This document shows positions 1 through 8,697 of a stretch of 63,912 bases of DNA, one piece after another. The DNA lies in contig DUDF01000145.1 in NCBI GenBank assembly GCA_012959435.1, positions 1 to 63,912 of the forward strand, read 5' to 3'. The position numbers and the translations under genes are program-made. The notes beneath the pieces are model-generated. The model saw only the letters and a program-made list of their open reading frames with translations. It searched no databases and had not been told where the DNA came from. The DNA is from Candidatus Poseidoniales archaeon. Lineage in GTDB: Archaea; Thermoplasmatota; Poseidoniia; Poseidoniales; Thalassarchaeaceae. Numbering within the stretch: the first letter of the stretch is position 1; every line of letters begins with the position of its first letter.

Positions 1-940
1 GAGGAACTTCAGGCTCGATGAAAATCATTCCATACATGCCTTTGCTAATGTGGGTAGGGATGTCTGGAGTTGCACAATGGTATACAAATAAACCGGAATG
101 CATGGCGAGGAATGAAAATGTTGTTTCTTCACCAGGCGCAGTTTTTGTTGCTTCTGCCCCTCCACCTTGGCCGGTTACTGCGTGGAAGTCCACATTGTGA
201 TGCATCATACTCTCAGCTTGATTGCTGAAGTGAACAACCACTGTATCATTGACTCGTGCTCGGAACATCGGTCCAGGAACGGTAGCATTGTACGTCCAAT
301 ATGTGAAGGTTGTACCAACCTCTAGTTCAGCAGTAACTTCAACCGCTTCGAGGTAAATATGAACTGTTGTTGATGCGTTTCGACCAGTTGGTCCGGGGAT
401 GTCATATGGATCCCGTGCAATGTTTTCAACATCAACATCCTTAGCTGGACCGATGTTTTCAATTATCGTTGTTCCAGATTGGGCTGAACCAACGATGAGG
501 TTTCCAACCATCCCACCTGCACGGTGTCCTGGAATACTACAATAGTAGGCGAATTCACCTTGTGTATCGGCGACAAAGGTAATGGAATCTTCCGAATCAA
601 TGTCAGAGAGTTTTTCGGTAGCAATATCGTAACCTTCAACGGTAATGTCGTGAAGGTTTGTCTCTCCCATCTGTAGGGTGATAGTCACGCGGTCTCCGGA
701 TTGAACAATAAGGTCTGGATTGGTAATACCATCGATTGAGCCGCCAACGCCAATAAAGGACATTTCCTTAGCCTGAAGAGTGAATTCAACATCGTTAAGT
801 TTTGTTATACATGTACCGTCAACCAATTCGGTATCGTCCCCACAGGTCACGGTTACAGGATCATTAGTTCCAAGGCAGCCGGAAAATCCAGTCGCAATCA
901 CCATTACCATCATCATCAATGCAGCATTTTTTCTTCTCAT
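1..940 (-). CDS. nirK: Copper-containing nitrite reductase (NirK)-type multicopper protein with an N-terminal cupredoxin domain; 3' end runs off the window
   Basis: Hand translation of the minus strand from ATG at 940: MRRKNAALMMMVMVIATGFSGC (signal peptide plus lipobox-like FSGC). Cupredoxin ligands NLHD...YYCSIPGHRAGGM. NirK signatures HHNVDFHAVTGQGGG and VYHCATPDIPTHISKGMYGMIFIEP. Absent from the ORF track because there is no stop inside the window. Confidence 0.8.
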   Translation of the reverse strand, partial: MRRKNAALMMMVMVIATGFSGCLGTNDPVTVTCGDDTELVDGTCITKLNDVEFTLQAKEMSFIGVGGSIDGITNPDLIVQSGDRVTITLQMGETNLHDITVEGYDIATEKLSDIDSEDSITFVADTQGEFAYYCSIPGHRAGGMVGNLIVGSAQSGTTIIENIGPAKDVDVENIARDPYDIPGPTGRNASTTVHIYLEAVEVTAELEVGTTFTYWTYNATVPGPMFRARVNDTVVVHFSNQAESMMHHNVDFHAVTGQGGGAEATKTAPGEETTFSFLAMHSGLFVYHCATPDIPTHISKGMYGMIFIEPEVP

Positions 941-1107
941 AATATACATCCCCTTTGGGGTTGGTTCTTCGTAAGCACCTCTCTGATTAGTATGTCCAGC
1001 GAATATATTCGCCGTACATGTATTCAGGAATAAATTCCCAATGGTTTACAACGTATAAACCGGAATAACTTGAGCACGTTCCAATTGGGACGATACAGGC
1101 ATTTAGA

Positions 1108-1182
1108 TGCTCGCGCCGGGATTTGAACCCGGGTCGACGGATCGAGAACCCGTCATGATGGGCCGAACTACACCACACAAGC
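1108..1182 (-). tRNA. tRNA-Glu (anticodon CUC)
   Basis: Minus-strand cloverleaf GCTTGTG...ACGGG-TTCTCGA-TCCGT...CCGGG-TTCAAAT-CCCGG-CGCGAGC-A. 7-bp acceptor stem with G-U pairs, T-loop TTCAAAT, anticodon loop reads CTC. CCA is not encoded. Confidence 0.9.
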
Positions 1183-1247
1183 CAAGTGACCTGCCGACTA
1201 ACCATCGGTATATCAACAAACAGGGTTGTTAGAATAACATAATTATT

Positions 1248-1299
1248 TTCACTTTCACTTACCGATGGCTTGCATACTAACGTTTCTGTTTCACTTTCA
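1248..1299 (+). promoter_or_regulatory. Pair of exact TTCACTTTCA boxes (42-bp spacing)
   Basis: Exact 10-mers at 1248-1257 and 1290-1299, in the 425-bp gap between tRNA-Glu and the 87-aa ORF. Confidence 0.5.
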
Positions 1300-1607
1300 G
1301 CCTACTCTCTCCATCGCTGGTTCATATACCGCCCCTCTCTGGTTCTGGCTATGCAAACAAGCATAACGAACAGAGAAACGATACTGGCAGAGGTAGTTTA
1401 TGAAACACCTTTTAGGAGCCTGAGAATGAGTAGCGGTGCAAACCATACAATCCAAAATGTTAGCCATAAATTAGTACGTCTAGCAACATCAAGTGGAAGA
1501 TTAATTACGCCTAGCAGCGATTCTGATGGATTTGACAAAAATAGCAGACCAGGATGGAGAACCCTTCGCCTCAGGGCGAAGGCGACATCAAACACTGAGG
1601 TGATTGC

Positions 1608-1871
1608 TTGAGTAGAACAAAAAGATTGAGGCAAGCCGTAGCAGAATACTTGGCTGAGCATGGCAGTTCCAACACTGTCGACATCTTTGACCACCTAAAT
1701 GATAGATTTTCTTGGGGAGCAACGATGAATCAAGTGGGAAATATTCTTGCTAAAGACCTTAGATTTCAGAAAGTAGGTCATGTGCGAGATTTCTTTCGTG
1801 GTGGACGATATACAGTATGTGTATGGGATCTATCTTCAATTCCTAGCGAGAGATTAACGGCGCAGGCATGA
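1608..1871 (+). CDS. Small hypothetical protein (87 aa), possibly winged-helix-like
   Basis: ORF with TTG start overlapping the TGA of an upstream short ORF. Sequence AEYLAEHGSSNTVDIFDHLNDR...MNQVGNILAKDLRFQKVG looks like a small wHTH. No recognisable family. Confidence 0.4.
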   Translation: MSRTKRLRQAVAEYLAEHGSSNTVDIFDHLNDRFSWGATMNQVGNILAKDLRFQKVGHVRDFFRGGRYTVCVWDLSSIPSERLTAQA

Positions 1872-1899
1872 AGTGCCAAGCGCGTCTCCAACTCGTTGA

Positions 1900-2799
1900 A
1901 TGACAGGCCGCGACTGGTGGACCCTCGCAAGAGGGGTCAATGTGATAATGGGTATTCTCACAGTACCATTAGGTGCATTAATTGTTGGTGCTGCAAGCCA
2001 AGATAACATCGCAATTACACTTTTGCTCCATACCTTAAGTGTGGCTTTCTTCATGGCAGGATGGAATGCATTGAATGATTTACAAGACATAAATACTGAT
2101 CGTATTAATCATCCGACAAGACCACTCGCATCTGGTGCAATCACAGAACAAGCAGCCAAGAAATTCTCTTGGATTTGCTTTGCTCTATCAACATTCATGT
2201 TGGGAGGGATTGTATTACATACTGAACAAACAATTGGCCATTTAGAATGGTTAGATTCAGTAGCAATATGGGGAATGGCATTAATCTTAATGTCATCATA
2301 TGAATTTGATGGAATCCCATTCAACCCTTGCTTGAAAAAGAGTGGATTATACGGGAACCTTTCGGTCTCCGGACTCATCGCTGTAGTGATTGTTTTTGGC
2401 GCTGCGGCAGTTGGACATGGGACTGACATCCTACCATGGACAGTAGCAATCTGTGCTATGATGATAGGTACTTCTCGAGAAATTATCAAAGATGTAGAGG
2501 ATATGGAGGGTGACTCGGAGCGCCATACTCTACCAATGAAAATTGGTGCTGAAAAGGCTAGAATGGTCGCCTGGATTTGTGCATTACTAGCATTCATCAG
2601 TATGGGTATGCCTTTTGCATTAGATCTTTTACCACTCGCTTACATTGTATTCTTGACGCCAGCCTTGTTTTTCCTAACTATGGTCAAAGCCCCTATCGTA
2701 AAAGGAGAAGATACCAAAGCTTCCAAATTGCTGAAGCGGGCACTTCTTTTCGGGCTTCTAGGATTCACTGCAACTGGACTTATTCCAATTCTACTTTGA
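1900..2799 (+). CDS. UbiA-family prenyltransferase, digeranylgeranylglyceryl phosphate (DGGGP) synthase-like
   Basis: 299 aa and polytopic. Asp-rich motifs NALNDLQDINTDRINHPTRPLASG and KDVEDMEGD are typical of UbiA prenyltransferases. Size and architecture match archaeal DGGGP synthases. Confidence 0.8.
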   Translation: MTGRDWWTLARGVNVIMGILTVPLGALIVGAASQDNIAITLLLHTLSVAFFMAGWNALNDLQDINTDRINHPTRPLASGAITEQAAKKFSWICFALSTFMLGGIVLHTEQTIGHLEWLDSVAIWGMALILMSSYEFDGIPFNPCLKKSGLYGNLSVSGLIAVVIVFGAAAVGHGTDILPWTVAICAMMIGTSREIIKDVEDMEGDSERHTLPMKIGAEKARMVAWICALLAFISMGMPFALDLLPLAYIVFLTPALFFLTMVKAPIVKGEDTKASKLLKRALLFGLLGFTATGLIPILL

Positions 2800-2831
2800 A
2801 TACAATACTTGTCCTAACTAGAAAGATGAAG

Positions 2832-3791
2832 TTAATATTCCATCAATTCAGCATAGGTTGACCATGCCTCATTATCGATCAAGTAAGTTAGTAGTGACAT
2901 TTGCGCCCACATGCGATTCTCTGCTTGGTCAAACACCACAGAGTTATCGCTATCAATTACTGAATCAGTTACTTCTTCACCCCGGTGTGCAGGCAAGCAA
3001 TGCATGAAAATATAATCGTCTTTAGCATGACTAACCAATTTATCATTAATTTGAAATCCCTCAAACGCACTTATCTTGTCAACTAAATCTTCTTCACCCA
3101 TTGAGATGAACACATCAGTGTAAATCACATCAGCATCTGTGACGGCTTCAATAGGATCATTAGTTTCAGATAATGTTGCTCCGCTTTCCTCTGCTAATTT
3201 CTGAGCACGCTCAACAATATCTGCATCTGGCTCATACCCTTTTGGGACAGCCCAACACACATCACAACCCATCATAGCACCAGCTAACATTAGGTCGTGT
3301 AATACATTATTACCGTCACCAATCCAAGCAATCTTTACTTTCGACAGGTCATCTTTATGTTCCATTATGGTCATTAAATCAGCCGCCGCTTGGCATGGAT
3401 GATTTTTATATGAAAGTGCATTAATTACTGGGACTGAAGATTTTTCGGCTAATTCAACAACATCAGAGTGGTCATAACAGCGGTAAGTAATGGCACCAAG
3501 ATAACGTGACAGGACCATTGCTGTATCCCCAATACTCTCAGATTTACCAAGTTGAATATCCGCCTTTGATAATGTTAAGGGATAACCTCCCAACTTGTTA
3601 ATTCCAACCTCGAATGAAACTCTAGTCCGGGTACTTGGTTTTTCGTATATGGACCCAATCGCGAGTCCATCTAATGGTGTGAAGGAGGGAGCTACTTCAT
3701 CATCACCTTTGAAAGTGATAGCCCATTCTAAAATTGAGTGAAAATCCTCGGCGACATCATCAATAGCTAGTAAATTAGTCATTCCACCCAT
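2832..3791 (-). CDS. argF: Ornithine carbamoyltransferase
   Basis: Motifs STRTRVSFE, HPCQAAADL, HCLPAHRGEE and DVFISMGEE. The true start is probably M19 or M22 of the tracked ORF (3791 or 3782), overlapping the stop of the upstream GPN gene. Confidence 0.9.
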   Translation of the reverse strand: MGGMTNLLAIDDVAEDFHSILEWAITFKGDDEVAPSFTPLDGLAIGSIYEKPSTRTRVSFEVGINKLGGYPLTLSKADIQLGKSESIGDTAMVLSRYLGAITYRCYDHSDVVELAEKSSVPVINALSYKNHPCQAAADLMTIMEHKDDLSKVKIAWIGDGNNVLHDLMLAGAMMGCDVCWAVPKGYEPDADIVERAQKLAEESGATLSETNDPIEAVTDADVIYTDVFISMGEEDLVDKISAFEGFQINDKLVSHAKDDYIFMHCLPAHRGEEVTDSVIDSDNSVVFDQAENRMWAQMSLLTYLIDNEAWSTYAELMEY

Positions 3792-4605
3792 CTCTTTCAA
3801 ACCCAATGTCCTCTGCAAAACCATCCTTTGTATCCGCCATACCACCGAATAGGTTTTGTGCGAACGAAAGGATGTCGGCTAAACCATCTTCTTCTTCGCT
3901 CGAAAGTGGAATTAAGCCCGGTTGTACCTGACTATGTTGCATCATTCGCAACTGACCAATTGCGAATTCTGTCCGTTGACCTCCGGCTTCTTCATAGAGG
4001 GCTGCTTCAAGTGTATCGAGTCTTTCTCCCCACTCAAGAATTCTCTCTAAATCATCAGGCTCGAGAAGATCTGACTTTGAAAGGAAATTTGCTGTTGGTA
4101 AACCGAGTCTAAAGTGTACAATATTTGAGAGAAGCATCTGTGAAACAAAACCAGATGCAGATTGGGACAGCATTGGGTCAAAAAGGAATATCAAGGCCGC
4201 TCTCCCTTGGCCTAAAACTTCAACGAAATGACTGGATGCTTCGCGGAATGCAAACAATTCAACCTGCCCTGGCGTATCAATGATAATCAAATCCCCAGAT
4301 AATCCATCTAATTCATCCTGGATTTCATATGCTCTAGCGGCCACTAAATCTGCTGCAAGAATTTGTGCACCATTTGGTCCAAGGTCATATTCATCCATAA
4401 CTTCAGACAGAGAAACCATATCACGGACATCAAATTCAGGGTCATAATGAACTCTTTCAGCCCCGGGATCTAGGTTAATTGTTAGAGCATCTACTTCTAA
4501 AAATCGTGCCCATCTCTGGAATGATGTGACTAACGTACTCTTGCCAGCCCCGGCAGTTCCAACAATAAAAAGTACAGGGGGTGCGGTTGTATCTCCCGTT
4601 GACAT
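3775..4605 (-). CDS. GPN-loop GTPase
   Basis: P-loop GTAGAGKST, the defining GPN motif in DLGPNGAQI, and DTPGQVE. Start chosen at MSTGDTT (ATG at 4605). Confidence 0.85.
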   Translation of the reverse strand: MSTGDTTAPPVLFIVGTAGAGKSTLVTSFQRWARFLEVDALTINLDPGAERVHYDPEFDVRDMVSLSEVMDEYDLGPNGAQILAADLVAARAYEIQDELDGLSGDLIIIDTPGQVELFAFREASSHFVEVLGQGRAALIFLFDPMLSQSASGFVSQMLLSNIVHFRLGLPTANFLSKSDLLEPDDLERILEWGERLDTLEAALYEEAGGQRTEFAIGQLRMMQHSQVQPGLIPLSSEEEDGLADILSFAQNLFGGMADTKDGFAEDIGFERDGWND

Positions 4606-4745
4606 AAAGTGAACCCCCACGCCCACAGTTTTTCAAGGATTCGTATTGATAACCAATAATTAGGCAACACGTCCGATGGAATTCACCCAACCATCGCTTG
4701 ACAATGGTTATAGAAGGATACTCGTTGGCAAGGCTTACCCATAAT

Positions 4746-7649
4746 ATGGAGATTGTTAAAATGAGTGAAGAAGATAGTAACAACCCACCCCCACCACCAC
4801 CCGGAATGGCACCACCACCTCCACCTGGAATGGATGCACCACCACCTCCACCCGCACCACCTGGAATGGATGCACCACCACCTCCACCTGCACCACCTGG
4901 AATGGATGCGCCACCACCTCCACCTGCACCATCTGGAATGGATGCACCACCACCTCCCGGGCTTGAAATGCCGGAAGAAGACTCTGAGGAAGACTCAGAT
5001 AATCTTTCAAGTGCAACCGATTTACTAGGTGGTTTATCCTTGGAATCAGATGATAGCGGAGATGGAGCAGAAGAAGAAGCAGATGCTCTTCTTGATTCCG
5101 CAGCAGCAAGCCTGAACCTACTAGAAATTTCAGACGAAGGCACAAGTGATGAGGAACCAACTGAAGAAACACCTGCTATTGACCTACTAATGAGCCCAGA
5201 CTCACTAGGTGAAGAAACAGAAGCAAGGGAAGAATCTGAAGAAGAGGGAGATGCAGAAGTACCTGAAACAGAGGAAGAAGTAGAGGAGGAGGCAATCCAT
5301 GCTGGAGCGGAAATCCGCACCCTAGATGTAGTTGACCAAATCCCTGGTGACAAACTAGAAGGCTCACTTCACGAAGTAGAATCTTCTATCCAAACTGTTG
5401 ATGGAGATGTTGTGGACCAAAATGTAAGTGGCTTACTAACAATTAACAATCCAAGTGAGAAAGACCGTCTTTGGGACATTGATATCTTCTTGAATAAATT
5501 AAAGGCAACTGATGTTGATAATGGACATATGCCACTACAAGAATTAGATGCTGGAAATGACCACACGATGGATTACTCCGTGTCTGGACCTGTGATGCTA
5601 AGTGTCCGTGAACGTTTTGACACCAAACCTGACCGTAATCAAGAGATGAGTACATCTGCTGTTTGTACAGATACCGCCCAAGAGATAACTCTCGAACTAG
5701 AAGTGGAAAATGTTGGACCTGTTGACCTTAACGATGTAGTAGTCACTAGAGAAATACCATCCCAGATGACTATCACAAGTGAAGGAGATAACTACTCTGT
5801 ATCAAAGAATAGCCTCACATGGACCGTGACTGAACTATCTCCCGGAGGAAAAAGGACCTTGCCTCTTACGGCAGACTTAGTTACAGATGTAATTGATGAA
5901 GTGTCTGCAGGGAAAACCAGTGCAACTTACACCGCTGATGCAACTCTTTCTGGTATGTCAATCGTTGAATTAGATGCATTCTGCAGAGGATTCAGTTACA
6001 TGGATGTTGATGAAGACGAGCGCCCAGACAACTGGCGTTGTCAAGCGGTTTTCGAGAACCGTTCATCTTTCGCAGTTGATCTTGTTAAATTACAGGTTAA
6101 GCAAGCTGGTTCTGATAACCTGCTGTTTGATATCACTGATGTTGAGAAAGATGTACAACCCGATGGACGCTGGGAAAGTGAAGTGGTGGTTGTTCCGGCA
6201 ACTGAAGAGCCTAACTTCAATCAAGAACTTGGTTTTACTGTAATCCCACGTGTGACCCATTCAACTGAAGGGTCAATTGACTTGGAAGAATACATAATCA
6301 AAGTGCTTGAAGCTGATGTGACCAAGACTTACTCTACTGAAATCCTCAGAACCTTCAGAGAAGCAAATGTTAACGCTGAGATTTCAATCAAGAACACTGG
6401 AACTGCAACTATCAACCTAATGCGCCTAACCGATGATGTACCAGGAATTTTCAACAGCCCTGATACTGAGCAAGTTGCGTGTACTATTGATGGAAACGAA
6501 CTAGTTAGTGATCAATTCCGAATTGAAGTGAGAGAAGGTGTGACTTTGGAGGAAACTGCATTGAGCCCTGATGGATCAGGCCACACAATGCTCCTAACCA
6601 TTGGAACTAAGGGGCCTATTGGTCTAGAGCCAGGGCAAGAAATGACCATTTCTTACCCACTTGTTGCCCCGGACCCAACTCCTGATAATGACATGGTTGC
6701 GGCACCAATGAGGTCAGACTTTAGTGCAGAACGCTACGGACCTGTTGCAACTCGATTGCTTGAAGATGTTCCTTCAATCAGAATCATTCACAAGCGAAGA
6801 AAGTTCAGCATCGGAAAGGAAGTATTCCCTGCTGGAGGGGCCGGAAGATATGAAGTGCTAATTATGTTCCACAACCGATCAGATTCTGCATTACAAGATT
6901 TGATGATTCATGATATCGTCCCGAGTGACTTTGAAATCAAGGGACATAATATCCGTAGTAACACATCTAATGCACGAGAAGCTGAAATAGAAAAAGCTGA
7001 TGATGATAATGGAATCAAAGTTAGTTGGCACATCCCAGTTATTGAAAAGGATGAACGAATTGAAGTAATTTACGAACTTGTAGGTGATGCTGGAGCAGAA
7101 TACAAAGTAAGTGATGCTCAAGAATTCCACGGTGCAACTTTTGGTGATGAATTAGATGTTGACCTACCCCCTTCTGAACCTGAAAAAGAACCTGAAAAAG
7201 AACCTGAAGAAGAGGTTGTGGAAGAGGCTGCTGAAGAAGAGGAATCCGTCGAGGAAGAATCAGGAGAGGCTGAAGATGAGGTTGAATCAGAAGAAGAATC
7301 AGATGATGGTGACGCTGAAGATGAGGCTGAATCAGATGATGGTGACGTTGAAGATGAGGCTGAATCAGATGATGGTGACGCTGAAGATGAGGCTGAATCA
7401 GATGATGGTGATGCTGAAGATGAAACTGAATCTGATGATGATTCAGAAAACGCTGATGATGCAACAATGGATGCTGCTCTTGCCCAAATTACAGGTGGAG
7501 AGTCAGAAGAGGAGGGGGATTCAAAAGAGTCTGAAGAACCTTCAGAAGCTGACGCTGGAGATTCCGAGTCCCAAGTGTGCCCAATCTGTAGTTCTGAAAA
7601 TGCACCAGGGGCAAATGTCTGCTCAACATGTTCATTCGAGTTTGAATAA
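4746..7649 (+). CDS. Large acidic protein: N-terminal polyproline repeats, acidic linker, DUF11/CARDB-like beta-domains, acidic tandem repeats, C-terminal zinc ribbon; no signal peptide
   Basis: 983-aa ORF, with ATG at 4746 preferred as the start. PPGMDAPPPPPAP x4; domains such as LELEVENVGPVDLNDVVVTREIP and ISIKNTGTATINLMRLTDDVP; ESDDGDAEDEA x4; terminal CPICSSENAPGANVCSTCSFEF. Confidence 0.7.
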   Translation: MEIVKMSEEDSNNPPPPPPGMAPPPPPGMDAPPPPPAPPGMDAPPPPPAPPGMDAPPPPPAPSGMDAPPPPGLEMPEEDSEEDSDNLSSATDLLGGLSLESDDSGDGAEEEADALLDSAAASLNLLEISDEGTSDEEPTEETPAIDLLMSPDSLGEETEAREESEEEGDAEVPETEEEVEEEAIHAGAEIRTLDVVDQIPGDKLEGSLHEVESSIQTVDGDVVDQNVSGLLTINNPSEKDRLWDIDIFLNKLKATDVDNGHMPLQELDAGNDHTMDYSVSGPVMLSVRERFDTKPDRNQEMSTSAVCTDTAQEITLELEVENVGPVDLNDVVVTREIPSQMTITSEGDNYSVSKNSLTWTVTELSPGGKRTLPLTADLVTDVIDEVSAGKTSATYTADATLSGMSIVELDAFCRGFSYMDVDEDERPDNWRCQAVFENRSSFAVDLVKLQVKQAGSDNLLFDITDVEKDVQPDGRWESEVVVVPATEEPNFNQELGFTVIPRVTHSTEGSIDLEEYIIKVLEADVTKTYSTEILRTFREANVNAEISIKNTGTATINLMRLTDDVPGIFNSPDTEQVACTIDGNELVSDQFRIEVREGVTLEETALSPDGSGHTMLLTIGTKGPIGLEPGQEMTISYPLVAPDPTPDNDMVAAPMRSDFSAERYGPVATRLLEDVPSIRIIHKRRKFSIGKEVFPAGGAGRYEVLIMFHNRSDSALQDLMIHDIVPSDFEIKGHNIRSNTSNAREAEIEKADDDNGIKVSWHIPVIEKDERIEVIYELVGDAGAEYKVSDAQEFHGATFGDELDVDLPPSEPEKEPEKEPEEEVVEEAAEEEESVEEESGEAEDEVESEEESDDGDAEDEAESDDGDVEDEAESDDGDAEDEAESDDGDAEDETESDDDSENADDATMDAALAQITGGESEEEGDSKESEEPSEADAGDSESQVCPICSSENAPGANVCSTCSFEFE
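4795..4966 (+). repeat. Coding tandem repeat, 39-bp unit (about 4 copies) encoding PPGMDAPPPPPAP
   Basis: Near-identical units cctggaatggatgcaccaccacctccacc(c/t)gcaccac are visible directly in the sequence. Confidence 0.85.
7296..7440 (+). repeat. Coding tandem repeat, 33-bp unit (about 4 copies) encoding ESDDGDAEDEA
   Basis: Repeated gaatcagatgatggtgacgctgaagatgaggct units with single-base variants. Confidence 0.85.
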
Positions 7650-7697
7650 TGCTAGACCAATCTAAGAGAGCCGAACTCTGGATAAACGTTAGGAGGT

Positions 7698-7719
7698 AGT
7701 ATAGTGGTAACCACATACT
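7698..7719. terminator. Hairpin between convergent genes (possible bidirectional terminator)
   Basis: agtat-a-gtgg taa ccac-atact lies between the stop of 4746..7649 (+) and the stop of 7731..8597 (-). Confidence 0.3.
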
Positions 7720-7730
7720 ATTCTTGCGAA

Positions 7731-8597
7731 TTAAATGTCTGGCCAGTCATCAAACGGGTCTTCAGAATCAACTGTTTCTGAACTCTCACTAATATCAATA
7801 TCAACAATACCTTGGACTTCAACATTTTGAACCTCAGATGGTGTGTCTTCTACATTAGGATTAGAATCATCAGTTGCGTCCTGAAGGGCTGAGAGATCAA
7901 TCCCAAGAGACGTCCCCCCACTAGAAGTTACACTCAATAAATCATCTGAGTGCAAATCGCCACTTTCAACCAAAGTTGCTCGGTCAACCCCTGCCATGGC
8001 CTCAAATGAACCGGCAGTAAATGTGTTTTCAACAAGTCTTGGGTCTGGATTGTCTCTCCGTACACCCTCAATATTGGTATCTATAATTGCAGTATCAAAC
8101 TGATCTAGAGCCGGTACACTGATTCCTGTCTGCGGTGATATTTCTTTGAGCAAATCGTGCAATCCTTTCGATTTATTGCCTGACGATTTGAATTGTAAAA
8201 TCGCCTTTTCCCAAGCAAGATGGTGCTGTGAACGTATTACTAACGAACGAGCAATGCCTAAAGTAGCCTCATCTAGACTTAATCCAAGGCCAATTCCCCT
8301 AGAATACAACTTTTCTGCAAGTCGTCCTTTTCCTGTTTGGATAGCACATTCTGCTGCCCCAATACAAGCGTCTAATCGCTCAGGGGCTTTCTTCATTACT
8401 TTTCTATAGACTTTAAGCGCTTGAGGATGTTTTCCTTGCTTAACCAGTACATTTGCATAACGTACGGCAAACTCTGGCTCATTTTTCCATTTCTTTCTTG
8501 CATCCCTTAATGCAACTTCCGCAGTTTCTAGATCACCTGAAGACATGGCTTGACGCACGGTTGCGAGGACTTCTTCGGGGCTAGTCATGCTATTCAA
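7731..8597 (-). CDS. TPR-repeat protein with an acidic C-terminal tail
   Basis: N-terminal TPR-like helices (AEVALRDARKKWKNEPEFAVRYANVLVKQGKHPQALKVYRKVMKKAPERLDA...) followed by a D/E/S-rich C-terminus. Confidence 0.7.
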   Translation of the reverse strand: MNSMTSPEEVLATVRQAMSSGDLETAEVALRDARKKWKNEPEFAVRYANVLVKQGKHPQALKVYRKVMKKAPERLDACIGAAECAIQTGKGRLAEKLYSRGIGLGLSLDEATLGIARSLVIRSQHHLAWEKAILQFKSSGNKSKGLHDLLKEISPQTGISVPALDQFDTAIIDTNIEGVRRDNPDPRLVENTFTAGSFEAMAGVDRATLVESGDLHSDDLLSVTSSGGTSLGIDLSALQDATDDSNPNVEDTPSEVQNVEVQGIVDIDISESSETVDSEDPFDDWPDI

Positions 8598-8697
8598 TCA
8601 GCCAGTAGGGGTACCTCACTCAAAACTACCGCACCGCTGACAGGTTCATTCTGACCTCTATTGTGCTTGAAGTTTGGATAAATCAAACGAAGGGTTC

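Noticed and set aside
1270-1694. 113-aa plus-strand ORF (1270..1611) and 98-aa minus-strand ORF (1398..1694) in the tRNA-Glu / 87-aa gene gap
   Set aside because: They overlap each other and have no recognisable motifs. The long plus-strand form would start inside the TTCACTTTCA boxes. Only the shorter SD-preceded version (1425..1611) is mentioned, as a possibility in a finding and not as a feature.
4475-5353. A 292-aa minus-strand ORF (Ser/Gly-rich), plus other long ORFs at 4756-5172, 4765-5028, 7039-7467 and 7156-7665
   Set aside because: All are low-complexity shadows of the proline and acidic tandem repeats of the 4746..7649 gene, read in other frames or on the other strand. None has independent coding features.
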